From the NCBI GenBank assembly GCA_963698975.1, contig CAVOSV010000003.1:591199-655198 (forward strand): DNA of 64,000 bases. The letters are read 5' to 3'. Shown piece by piece: positions 1-8,651 of this stretch (its first letter is position 1; every line of letters starts with the position of its first letter). The DNA comes from an uncultured Gemmatimonadales bacterium. Lineage in GTDB: Bacteria > Gemmatimonadota > Gemmatimonadetes > Gemmatimonadales > GWC2-71-9. The notes under the pieces were generated by a model. It ran no database searches. It was not told the DNA's origin and saw only the letters and a list, made by a program, of their open reading frames with translations. A program made the position numbers and the translations under genes.

Positions 1-129
1 GGAGCCGGCGGCGCCCGGGTGACGCTGACCGGTGACATTCGCGGCACATTGAGCACCGACGGCCAGGGCCGTCTGGTTCGGCTCGAGCTTCCCGAGTCTG
101 GCACCGTCGTCTCGCGCGCTCAGGATTAA
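1..129 (+). CDS. 3' end of an unidentified protein (partial, enters from outside the window)
   Basis: Frame 1 is open from base 1 to TAA at 127-129 with GC-rich third positions (..GARVTLTGDIRGTLSTDGQGRLVRLELPESGTVVSRAQD*). No family recognised. Confidence 0.3.
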   Translation, partial: GAGGARVTLTGDIRGTLSTDGQGRLVRLELPESGTVVSRAQD

Positions 130-287
130 CGGGCGACGCTCGGCTCTGCAATCTTCATCGTCCCAAGTTGAAACCAGCACGGCGGGGCTCGCGTACTACA
201 TCGGTCATGATCTCATCCCCAGACCACCATCCCGTCGCCGTGTTGGAAACCGCGGTTGGACGCTCGCTTAGTCACTAAGGAACAGAC

Positions 288-1571
288 ATGCTGCGAAGAA
301 CCCGGATCTGGCTCATTGCCGCAGTAGTGGTTCTGGCAATCGGCGGCGGGGTGGCGTTCCAAATTCACAAGAAGAAACACGCCGGTACCGAGGTGAGATT
401 GGAGCAGGTGAGCCGTCGGGACTTGGTGGCCTCAGTAACCGCCAGCGGCAAGATCGAGGCGAAGACCTCCGTTGACATCAGCGCGGATATCACCGGCCGG
501 ATCATCGATATCGCCGTGCGTGAGGGCGATCTGGTGAAACGCGGCCAGTTCCTGCTGCAGATCGATCCGGCGCAGTATCAAGCAGCGGTGGCGCGGGCCC
601 AGGGTGTGGTGTCCTCGACCGAGGCCACCCTGCTGCAGACCCGGGCAACCCGGGACCAGGCGCAGCGGGCCTGGGATCGTGCCCGGCAACTGAAGGAACT
701 GGGCGACAATCTGATTGCCCCGGAGACTGCGGAGCAGGCGCAAACCGCCCTCGACGTCGCCGAGGCTAACTACCAGGCCAGCAAAGCCCAGCTGGACCAG
801 GCTCGAGCCAGCCTGCAGGAGAGCAAGGACAATCTGTCGAAGACACGCCTGACTTCGCCCATATCAGGGCGAGTGGTGCGGCTGGCGGTCGAGGAAGGTG
901 AAGTGGCAGTGCCGGGAACCTTCTCCCGGGAAACCGGACTGCTGATGACCATCGCCGACCTGTCCGTGATTCTGGCGAAGGTTCAGGTGGACGAGACCGA
1001 TGTGGTGCGGCTGAGCTCGGACGACTCGGTGGAAGTCACCATCGACGCGTACCGGGACACCACCTTCTGGGGCCGGGTGAGCAAGATCAGTCACAGCGCC
1101 AAGTTGACGCCCACCGAAACCGCCTCGGGCTCGAGTGACCGGGCAGTGGATTTCGACGTGGAGATCACGCTGCGGAATCCTCCACCTGACATTCGTCCTG
1201 ATCTGAGCTGCACCGCCCGGATCATCACCGATACCCGCAACAACGCGCTGAGCATTCCGATCATCGCCCTTACGGTACGAGAGCACGAGAAGATCCCGAG
1301 CGAGGCTGAGGGAGCGCCGCAGGTCGACACACTCCGGGCCCGGTTCAGGAAGAGGGAGGCGGAAGGCGTATTCGTGGTGCGCAACGGGGTCGCCACTTTC
1401 CGACCGGTCAAGACGGGTGTTGCGGGAGACGACTATTTCGAGGTGCTAGATGGTGTAAGGGAGGGAGAAACTATCGTAGCGGGAACCTATCAGGCCATTC
1501 GGGACCTGAAAGACCAGGCCAAGGTCCGCCAGGCCGACACCACCAAGGCCCGGGAAACCAAGGCGTCCTAG
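288..1571 (+). CDS. HlyD/MacA-type efflux periplasmic adaptor subunit
   Basis: ATG preceded by AAGGAA. N-terminal TM (IWLIAAVVVLAIGGGVAF), long coiled-coil segments (QYQAAVARAQ.., ANYQASKAQLDQARASLQ), lipoyl-like LTSPISGRVV. Its stop overlaps the next gene's GTG by 1 nt (TAGTG). Confidence 0.85.
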   Translation: MLRRTRIWLIAAVVVLAIGGGVAFQIHKKKHAGTEVRLEQVSRRDLVASVTASGKIEAKTSVDISADITGRIIDIAVREGDLVKRGQFLLQIDPAQYQAAVARAQGVVSSTEATLLQTRATRDQAQRAWDRARQLKELGDNLIAPETAEQAQTALDVAEANYQASKAQLDQARASLQESKDNLSKTRLTSPISGRVVRLAVEEGEVAVPGTFSRETGLLMTIADLSVILAKVQVDETDVVRLSSDDSVEVTIDAYRDTTFWGRVSKISHSAKLTPTETASGSSDRAVDFDVEITLRNPPPDIRPDLSCTARIITDTRNNALSIPIIALTVREHEKIPSEAEGAPQVDTLRARFRKREAEGVFVVRNGVATFRPVKTGVAGDDYFEVLDGVREGETIVAGTYQAIRDLKDQAKVRQADTTKARETKAS

Positions 1572-2812
1572 TGCGTCTCCTGGAAGCTATCCGGATGGCG
1601 CTGCGCACTATCCGGGCCCAGAAGCTCAAGAGCTTCTTCTCGCTGGTTGGCGTGCTGATCGGCGTGACCTTCCTGATTGCGGTGGTCTCCATCGTTCAGG
1701 GCATGAACCGCTATATGGTGGACCGGTTCGCCAACACGTTGGTGGGGGCCAATACTTTTCACCTGCGCCAGCGACCCTCCATCACTACCGGCAACGTGCC
1801 GGAGGATGTGTGGCGGGGCTGGCTCAGGCGCCCGCGAATCACCTATGGCGATGCCGACTACGTCCGCGAGCGGATCAAGACCCCCGCCAGCTTCGCCAAG
1901 TTCTGTGAGGACCGGGTGGCAGTCCACTATGAGGGCAAGGTGGCCAAGGATATCGACCTGATTGGCACCGAGGAGAGTTATTTCAACATCAAGAACTATG
2001 TCATCACCCAAGGCCGTACCTTCACCACGCAGGAGGTGCGCACCGGTCTGCCGGTGCTGGTAGTCGGCTCTGAGCTTGCCCAGAAACTGCTGGCCGGGGT
2101 GGATCCCCTCGGCAAGCAGGTTGTCATCGGCGGCCTTCCCTACCGAGTGGTAGGCGTAGTGGAGAGACAGGGGAACCTCTTTGGGATCTCGCTGGATAAG
2201 TTCGCGATCATGCCGTTCAGCGCTCCAGGCCGCCGCCTGATCTGTCCCATCAACATCCTGGATGCCCTGATCGTGCAGACGGCCAACCCGACGGAGATGC
2301 AGAACGCCCTGGCGGAGGCCGAAGCACTGATGCGAAGCCGCCGGCAATTGAAACCGGAGCAGGAAAACAATTTCGCGTTTCAGACTGCGGAGGGCGCGCT
2401 GGGCGGCTGGCAGAAGATCTCTCGGGTGCTGTTCGTCGCCCTGCCCGGACTGGTGGCGATCTCCCTGGTTGTGGGCGGGATCGTGATCATGAATATCATG
2501 CTGATGGCCGTGAGCGAGCGCACCCGGGAAATCGGAATTCGGAAGGCGCTCGGCGCGAGGCGGCGGGACATCCTGGCCCAATTCGTGGTCGAGTCGGCCA
2601 CGCTCTCTGCCGTCGGGGCGGTGTTCGGGATCGGACTGGGCATCGCGCTGGCGTTCGTGGTCAAGGCGGTGACGCCGTTGCCGGCCGCGGTAGCCCCCTG
2701 GTCAATCCTGGTGGCGGTAGTCCTCGGGGTGAGCGTGGGCATTGCGGCCGGGGTGTATCCCGCAAGCCGGGCGTCGCGGCTGGATCCAATCGACGCGCTG
2801 AGGGCGGAATGA
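1571..2812 (+). CDS. ABC transporter permease, MacB/FtsX family
   Basis: N-terminal TM, large periplasmic domain, C-terminal FtsX-like 3-TM bundle with the signature ERTREIGIRKALGARRRDI. Confidence 0.85.
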   Translation: MRLLEAIRMALRTIRAQKLKSFFSLVGVLIGVTFLIAVVSIVQGMNRYMVDRFANTLVGANTFHLRQRPSITTGNVPEDVWRGWLRRPRITYGDADYVRERIKTPASFAKFCEDRVAVHYEGKVAKDIDLIGTEESYFNIKNYVITQGRTFTTQEVRTGLPVLVVGSELAQKLLAGVDPLGKQVVIGGLPYRVVGVVERQGNLFGISLDKFAIMPFSAPGRRLICPINILDALIVQTANPTEMQNALAEAEALMRSRRQLKPEQENNFAFQTAEGALGGWQKISRVLFVALPGLVAISLVVGGIVIMNIMLMAVSERTREIGIRKALGARRRDILAQFVVESATLSAVGAVFGIGLGIALAFVVKAVTPLPAAVAPWSILVAVVLGVSVGIAAGVYPASRASRLDPIDALRAE

Positions 2813-4071
2813 AGGGCCAGCGAAAGGGAGCCCTGCTTCCCCGCATGCTGGAAGGATCGGTCATCGCGCTGGACTCGATCCAGGCCAACAAGGTGCGGGC
2901 GGCCCTGACAATCCTGGGCGTAGCGATCGGGGTAACGGTCGTGATCGCCATGGCCTCGGCGATAACCGGGATCAACCAGAGCGTTACCAACATTCTCGAG
3001 TCGGCTGGGCCGAAGACGTTCTTTGTGTATCGCTACTTCTCCGGCGGGCTCGACGTTTCCGATGGTTCCGACGAGCTGTCCCCCTGGCGCCGGATGCCCT
3101 GGCTCACGGTGGATGAGGCAGAGCTGATCCGAAATCTGCCCGCCGTGCGGGACGTCAACATCGGCGAGTACACCAATGGGCCGGTGAGCTTCGAGGGGGT
3201 GGAGCTCAAGAGCGTGGCAATTGCGGGGATGAGTCCGAGCTGGAACCAGGTGAACGGCGGCGAGATTCTGGCGGGACGGAACTTTACTCCTATGGAGTAC
3301 GCGGCCGGTGCGCGGGTCGTGATCATCAACGACAAGCTGGCCGAATCACTCTTCCCCCGGCGCGATGCCATTGGGAAGCGGATCAAGATCTTCGGCGAAC
3401 CATTCGAGGTGATCGGGATGCACGCCGAAGCGGCATCGCTCTTCAGCAACGCCGACGAGCCCCGCCTGGCCATCCCGCATACCACCTTCACCAAAGTTAC
3501 GGACTACGAGAAGGGCTGGATGGATATCGCGGTGCTTCCCGCGGAGACCGCAACCATTCAGGAGGCGCAGGATCAGGTGGCGGCCGCCCTCCGGGTTAAG
3601 CGGGGACTCCGCCCGGGCCAGCCGGACAACTTTGCGGTGGTAACGCAAGACCGGGTACTTGACAGCTTCAACAAAATCACCGCGGCGTTCTTCGTAGTGA
3701 TGATCGCCCTTTCCAGCGTCGGACTGATGGTCGGGGGCGTGGGTGTGGTGGCCATCATGATGATCTCGGTTACCGAGCGCACCCGGGAGATCGGGGTCCG
3801 GAAGGCACTGGGCGCTACCCGGCGGGAGATCATGTTCCAGTTCCTGGTCGAGGCAGCAACGCTGACTCTGGTCGGCTGCATCGTGGGGATGGCGCTGGGT
3901 GCACTGATCGCGTGGGCGATACGGTCCTTTACCCCCATCCCCGCCGCGGTACCGCTGCTGTCGGTCGTGGCAGCGGTACTCGCGTCGATTCTCACCGGTG
4001 TGTTATTCGGCCTCTACCCGGCGAGCAAGGCGTCACGGATGGATCCAGTAGAGGCGTTGCGGTACGAATAG
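2809..4071 (+). CDS. ABC transporter permease, MacB/FtsX family (second paralogue)
   Basis: ATGA overlap with the previous gene. Same architecture, with the signature ERTREIGVRKALGATRREI. No cognate ATPase in the window. Confidence 0.85.
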   Translation: MKGQRKGALLPRMLEGSVIALDSIQANKVRAALTILGVAIGVTVVIAMASAITGINQSVTNILESAGPKTFFVYRYFSGGLDVSDGSDELSPWRRMPWLTVDEAELIRNLPAVRDVNIGEYTNGPVSFEGVELKSVAIAGMSPSWNQVNGGEILAGRNFTPMEYAAGARVVIINDKLAESLFPRRDAIGKRIKIFGEPFEVIGMHAEAASLFSNADEPRLAIPHTTFTKVTDYEKGWMDIAVLPAETATIQEAQDQVAAALRVKRGLRPGQPDNFAVVTQDRVLDSFNKITAAFFVVMIALSSVGLMVGGVGVVAIMMISVTERTREIGVRKALGATRREIMFQFLVEAATLTLVGCIVGMALGALIAWAIRSFTPIPAAVPLLSVVAAVLASILTGVLFGLYPASKASRMDPVEALRYE

Positions 4072-4113
4072 ACGGACAGGCGAGAGGCGGACGGGCGGAC
4101 GGAACAGCTCGAC

Positions 4114-4196
4114 TCTCCGACCCTCCGTGTCTCCGACCCTCCGACCTCCGACCGTCCGACCGTCCGACCCTCCGACCCTCCGACCCTCCGACCGTC
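4114..4196. repeat. About 10 tandem 8-bp units, (C/G)TCCGACC
   Basis: Reads ctccgacc ctccgtgt ctccgacc ctccgacc tccgacc gtccgacc gtccgacc ctccgacc ctccgacc ctccgacc gtc. Lies between convergent genes and abuts the stop of the minus-strand gene at 4195. The unit length is not a multiple of 3. Confidence 0.9.
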
Positions 4197-5088
4197 AGGC
4201 AGGCTTTCGATATTTCCGGCTCGCCAGAACCGCCGCCCATCCCACCATCACCGCCGGCACCACGAAACCGAGTGAGGCAATAACGCCGGCTACCAGGCCC
4301 ACGAAGTTCCGCCACGCTGTCTTGAACGCTTCGGCGATCGGGCTGCGGCCGGGCACCGAGGCAACCAGGGGCGCCGGCTCGTAAAGGTTTACCGACAGCG
4401 TGCTCAGCTGAGCGCTGGCCTTGAGGAAGCGCATCCGGCCTTCCATCCGCTCGATCTCCTCCCGCACCCGGGCGAGCTCGTGCTCGACCGAGAGAACATC
4501 CTGGAGCTTTCCTGTGCGGGTCCGGAGCAACTCGACCAGCCGCTCCTCCAGCCGTCGAGCATTCACCACCCGCGCGGTCAGGTCCACGAACTCTTCGCTC
4601 ACATCTTCCGCCGCCACGTTGACGAACTGCAAACGACCGAGCGGACGCAGCCCTTCCGTGAGATCATCGAATCGGGCGGCCGGCACTTTGAGTTGGAGGG
4701 TGGCCGACCGCACCTGATTCCGGCCACTCTGAATGGACGCGTCTGCCACGAAGCCGCCCACTCGTTGTGCCACGCGCCGCAGCTCGGCGATGGCCGTCTC
4801 GAGGGAATCGACCTCGATGCCGGCTTGGCCGGTCCGGACGATCAGACGGTCGCTCGCCTCGGACGCCGAATAACGGGACCAGGTATCACCGTCTTCACTT
4901 GCTTTGGGTGACTGAGCCTGTGAGGTTGGCCGGCCACCCACCACTCCCAGGGGGACGGGACTGGCTGACTTCGCATCGGCTTCGAGGTTCCGCTGGGCTT
5001 TCTCGGGTTCCGACTTGCTCAGGTGCCGGTCACACGCCGTCAGCAAGACCGCCTGCAGCAGGCCGGTGATGATGATCTGTGCTCGCAC
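4195..5088 (-). CDS. DUF4349-like lipoprotein with C-terminal TM anchor
   Basis: GTG at 5088 preceded by AAGGAGG (5093-5099). Lipobox LLTAC, central coiled-coil region (..EHELARVREEIERMEGRMRFLKASAQLSTLSVNLYEP) and a C-terminal TM, as in DUF4349 proteins. The ORF track's longer start at 5181 lacks an RBS. Confidence 0.6.
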   Translation of the reverse strand: MRAQIIITGLLQAVLLTACDRHLSKSEPEKAQRNLEADAKSASPVPLGVVGGRPTSQAQSPKASEDGDTWSRYSASEASDRLIVRTGQAGIEVDSLETAIAELRRVAQRVGGFVADASIQSGRNQVRSATLQLKVPAARFDDLTEGLRPLGRLQFVNVAAEDVSEEFVDLTARVVNARRLEERLVELLRTRTGKLQDVLSVEHELARVREEIERMEGRMRFLKASAQLSTLSVNLYEPAPLVASVPGRSPIAEAFKTAWRNFVGLVAGVIASLGFVVPAVMVGWAAVLASRKYRKPA

Positions 5089-5208
5089 AATGCCTCCTTG
5101 GGGAGCACAGGAGATGCGGGTCGTCGGAGGGCTTGCACATGCAGGGTGTAGCACCGGGCAATCGGCTGACCCTCCGCTCACCCCCTCCCATCTGCCCTAT
5201 ATTCCATC

Positions 5209-5925
5209 ATGCCCGTGGACATCCTGGCCCTCGCCGCCCACCGAGACGACGTCGAGCTCACCTGCGCGGGCACTCTATTGAAGGCCGTCGACGCCGGATA
5301 CAAGGTCGGGATCCTGGACCTTACCGCGGGAGAGACCGGGACCCGAGGAAGCGCATCGCTCCGAGCGGAGGAGGCGGAGAGGTCGGCCAGGATCCTGGGC
5401 GTATCTGAGCGGCGGAATGCTGGACTGCCGGATGCACACCTGCAGAACTCGGAGGAAACACGGCAGCTGGTGATCGAGCACATCCGCCACTTTGCGCCGC
5501 GCGTGGTCATTCTCCCCTTCCCCGTGGGACGTCATCCCGATCACCGCATTGCCTCAGAGCTGGGACGCGACGCCTGCTACCTGGCGGGCCTGGAGCGATA
5601 TCCTGCGGCGGGATCTGCGCATCGTCCTCACAAGCTGCTCTATGCTCTCTCGTATCGCGAGGACCCGGTCAAGCCGACCTTCGTGGTGGACATCAGCGCG
5701 CAGTTCGAACGCAAGCTGTCGGCCATCAAGTGCTACGCCAGTCAATTCGATGGCGCCAAGGCGGCCGGAGAGATCTTTCCCACCGGGCAGGACCTGTATT
5801 CGCTGGTTGAGACCCAGAACGCGCACTACGGCTCCCTCATACGGAAGCGCTACGGTGAGCCGTTCTTTACCCATGAAACGATGGAAGTCGATGACGTCCT
5901 GAAGTTGGGCGTTCGGAGCATCTGA
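5209..5925 (+). CDS. bshB1: PIG-L/LmbE family deacetylase, BshB1-like (bacillithiol biosynthesis)
   Basis: N-terminal DILALAAHRDDVELTCAGT, TAGETGTRGS and HPDH motifs typical of BshB1/LmbE. Confidence 0.75.
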   Translation: MPVDILALAAHRDDVELTCAGTLLKAVDAGYKVGILDLTAGETGTRGSASLRAEEAERSARILGVSERRNAGLPDAHLQNSEETRQLVIEHIRHFAPRVVILPFPVGRHPDHRIASELGRDACYLAGLERYPAAGSAHRPHKLLYALSYREDPVKPTFVVDISAQFERKLSAIKCYASQFDGAKAAGEIFPTGQDLYSLVETQNAHYGSLIRKRYGEPFFTHETMEVDDVLKLGVRSI

Positions 5926-5945
5926 ATAGGCGCTATCTTATCGAT

Positions 5946-7160
5946 ATGAAGCCGCCTGTCTACCTGGACCACGCCGCCACCACCCCGGTTCGCCCCGAGG
6001 TGCTGGAGGCCATGATGCCCTATCTCACCGACCAGTCCTTCGGAAACCCGTCCAGCGCGCATCGCTTTGGGCGCGCGGCCAGGGCCGGCATCGAGCAGGC
6101 TCGCCGACAGATAGCGGAATCGCTGGGCGCCGAGCCGGGCCAGGTGATCTTTACTTCCGGCGGCACCGAGGCGGACAACCTCAGCATCGTGGGGGCAGCC
6201 CTTGCTGCCCGGGACCGAGGTGCCCCGATGTGCGCCGCGGTGTCAGCGGTCGAGCACAAGGCGGTCCTGGCGGCGGCTCATGCCGTCTGTCACCTCGGCG
6301 GGCGAGAGGTGCTCCTGCCGGTAGACAGCGCGGGCATGCTCGAGCTGGAGGCGCTCGACCGCGCGCTGGCCGAAACGCCTTCGGTAGTTTCAGTGATGTG
6401 GGTCAATAACGAGGTCGGCGTCGTCCAGCCGGTGGCTCACATTGCTGAACGCTGCCGAGACGCGGGCGTCATCTTCCATACCGACGCGGTGCAGGCACTC
6501 GGCAAGCTGCAGATCTCACTCCAGAACCTCTGCTGCACCCTGCTTACCATATCTGGTCACAAGATCGGGGCGCCCAAGGGTATTGGCGCCCTGATCGTCC
6601 GGGACCGCAAGGCGGTGGAGGCAATTCTCCACGGCGGAGGCCAGCAGTATGGGATCCGTCCCGGCACCGAGAATGTGGCCGGCGCCGTGGCCTTGGGGCG
6701 AGCGGTGCAGCTGGCCACCGCGGAGAGAGAGACTCTGGCGCAGCGTCTTGCGGCGCTCCGGGACGAGCTAGCGCGGCGGCTCCAAGAGACGGTGCCCGAC
6801 CTCACGGTGAACGCCGAGGGCAGCGAGCGGGCGCCTCATCTTTTGAGCATCGCGGTAGAAGGTGCGGACAGCGAGGCGTTGCTGATGCACCTAGATCTTG
6901 CCGGGATCGCTGCCTCCAGCGGGTCGGCCTGTTCCACGGGTGCGGTGGAACCATCGCACGTACTGGTCGCCATGGGCGTTCCCCGAGAGCTGGCACTGGG
7001 CACCATCCGGTTCAGCTTTGGCCGGGAGAGCAGCATGAACGACGTGGAGCGGGCCGCGGAGGTTGTGCCGGGGGTGGTGGCAAAAGTGCGGAAGCTCGCA
7101 GGGGTGCTGGGACGGACCGGCGGAATGACGGAAAAGCGGAAGGAGTCGACCGCCCGATGA
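5946..7160 (+). CDS. Cysteine desulfurase (NifS/IscS class)
   Basis: PLP-lysine motif ISGHKIGAPKG and active-site loop SSGSACS. ATGA overlap with mnmA. Confidence 0.9.
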   Translation: MKPPVYLDHAATTPVRPEVLEAMMPYLTDQSFGNPSSAHRFGRAARAGIEQARRQIAESLGAEPGQVIFTSGGTEADNLSIVGAALAARDRGAPMCAAVSAVEHKAVLAAAHAVCHLGGREVLLPVDSAGMLELEALDRALAETPSVVSVMWVNNEVGVVQPVAHIAERCRDAGVIFHTDAVQALGKLQISLQNLCCTLLTISGHKIGAPKGIGALIVRDRKAVEAILHGGGQQYGIRPGTENVAGAVALGRAVQLATAERETLAQRLAALRDELARRLQETVPDLTVNAEGSERAPHLLSIAVEGADSEALLMHLDLAGIAASSGSACSTGAVEPSHVLVAMGVPRELALGTIRFSFGRESSMNDVERAAEVVPGVVAKVRKLAGVLGRTGGMTEKRKESTAR

Positions 7161-8212
7161 GCACCCGCGTCCTGGTCGCCATGTCCGGTGGAGTGGACAG
7201 CTCCGTTGCCGCGGCCCGCCTGGTTGAGCAGGGGTACGAGGTGGTGGGCGCTACCATGAAGCTCTTCTGCTACGGCGAAGAGGTCCCCGATCGGCCTTGC
7301 TGCTCGCTGGATTCCATCAACGATGCGCGGGACGTTGCCGCGGCATTGGGTATTGCCCACTACGTCCTCAACCTCGAGGACCGGTTCAATCTGCACGTGA
7401 TTCAGAACTTCGTGAGCGAGTACAGCAGGGGGCGGACACCCATTCCCTGCGTGCGCTGCAACTCCTTCACCAAGTTCCGCGACCTGCTGGCCCACGCCGA
7501 CGCACTGGACTGTGAATACATCGCAACCGGCCACTACGCCATCTCGCAGGATGGCGCGCTCTACCGGGGCGCGGATCCGGCCAAGGACCAGAGCTACTTC
7601 CTCTGGGGAATCGATCAGGCTGTGGTAGCGCGGATGCTGACGCCGGTCGGCGGTCTGAGCAAGTCAGAGACCCGGGCCTACGCCCGTCGGCTGGGGCTCA
7701 CCACGGCCGACAAGCAGGAGTCGGTTGAGATCTGCTTCGTGCCCAATGACGACTACGTCTCAGTGCTGGAACGGCATCTCCCGGCCGACGCCCCGGCGCT
7801 GCGCCCGGGACCTCTAGTTACCACCGGAGGCCAGATCATCGGCGAGCACCAGGGCTACGGCCGGTATACCATCGGCCAGCGGAAGGGGCTCCCCGGCGGC
7901 TCAGACGGTCCCCGCTATGTGGTAGAGATTCGCCCCGAGCGGCGTGAAGTTGTGGTGGGAGCTGCCGCCGACCTGGCCGGCTACAGAGTGACACTGGAGG
8001 AGGTGAACTGGCTGGCAGATCCGCTGGAAACCGGCGACCGCTGTCAGGTGCAACTCCGGTACAGGGCGCGCGCCGCTCAGGCCGTAGTGTTGGAAAAGAA
8101 TTCGGACCAACTTACCCTGACGTTGGAAACACCTGTCCGGGCCATTGCGCCTGGGCAATCGGGCGTACTCTATGAGCATGATCGGGTGCTGGGCGGAGGC
8201 GTGATCTCCTGA
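7157..8212 (+). CDS. mnmA: tRNA 2-thiouridine(34) synthase MnmA
   Basis: PP-loop VAMSGGVDSSVAA, conserved Cys pairs, length typical of the family. Confidence 0.9.
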   Translation: MSTRVLVAMSGGVDSSVAAARLVEQGYEVVGATMKLFCYGEEVPDRPCCSLDSINDARDVAAALGIAHYVLNLEDRFNLHVIQNFVSEYSRGRTPIPCVRCNSFTKFRDLLAHADALDCEYIATGHYAISQDGALYRGADPAKDQSYFLWGIDQAVVARMLTPVGGLSKSETRAYARRLGLTTADKQESVEICFVPNDDYVSVLERHLPADAPALRPGPLVTTGGQIIGEHQGYGRYTIGQRKGLPGGSDGPRYVVEIRPERREVVVGAAADLAGYRVTLEEVNWLADPLETGDRCQVQLRYRARAAQAVVLEKNSDQLTLTLETPVRAIAPGQSGVLYEHDRVLGGGVIS

Positions 8213-8244
8213 GGACGCCCGCGCGTTCCCTCCTGCTTCACTGG

Positions 8245-8631
8245 ATGCTGAATGCCGCGGCCCTCTGGATTGCCGCCGCCGTAGTTCCCGGCCTGAACTT
8301 CACCGGAGGGCCAGGCCGGCTACTTCTGGTAGCCGCGGTGTTCGGCGTCATCAACAGCACGCTCCGTCCCCTGCTCACCATCCTCACCTGCCCCCTGATC
8401 GTCGTTACCCTGGGCCTCTTCACTCTGGTGCTCAACGCGCTGATGCTGCTGGCCACAGGCCGCCTCTCAGAGAGCTGGAACCTCGGATTTACAGTGAGCG
8501 GGTTCTGGCCAGCTTTTTTCGGGGGGCTGGTGGTGGGGCTGGTGAGTATGGTTTTGTCATTGGGGATGGGGCGGAAGGAGCCACGAGTCAGGAGTCACGA
8601 GTCAGGAGTCGACCGGCCAGGCCGCCTCTAA
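8245..8631 (+). CDS. Phage-holin-family / DUF360 (YvlD-like) small membrane protein
   Basis: Four TM helices with an LNA.ALW.AA..VPG.. N-terminus. The family-conserved N-terminal residues (RSLLLHW) lie upstream of this ATG, so the true start is probably the CTG at 8209 (see findings). Confidence 0.7.
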   Translation: MLNAAALWIAAAVVPGLNFTGGPGRLLLVAAVFGVINSTLRPLLTILTCPLIVVTLGLFTLVLNALMLLATGRLSESWNLGFTVSGFWPAFFGGLVVGLVSMVLSLGMGRKEPRVRSHESGVDRPGRL

Positions 8632-8651
8632 AACCCTCGTGACTCGCGACT
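8582..8651. repeat. 14-bp tandem duplication (CACGAGTCAGGAGT x2) plus an inverted partial copy
   Basis: Perfect copies at 8582-8595 and 8596-8609. CTCGTGACTCGCGACT at 8636-8651 is the reverse complement (14/16) of AGTCACGAGTCAGGAG. Spans both stops of the convergent gene pair. Confidence 0.85.

Noticed and set aside
1568-2581. Long antisense ORF (337 aa) opposite the MacB-like permease. Similar cases at 14115-15176, 15309-16193, 22998-24119, 26167-27078, 28268-29602, 34706-35749 and 44835-45977.
   Set aside because: All lie opposite or out of frame to genes with clear family motifs. Their translations are Arg/Gly/Pro/His-rich with no motifs. High GC content suppresses stop codons in non-coding frames.
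3912-4384. Pro/Ser/Thr/Asp-rich ORFs (85-123 aa, several frames and both strands) across the octamer array.
   Set aside because: They are generated by an 8-bp repeat, which is out of phase with codons. They overlap real gene ends and have no start context.
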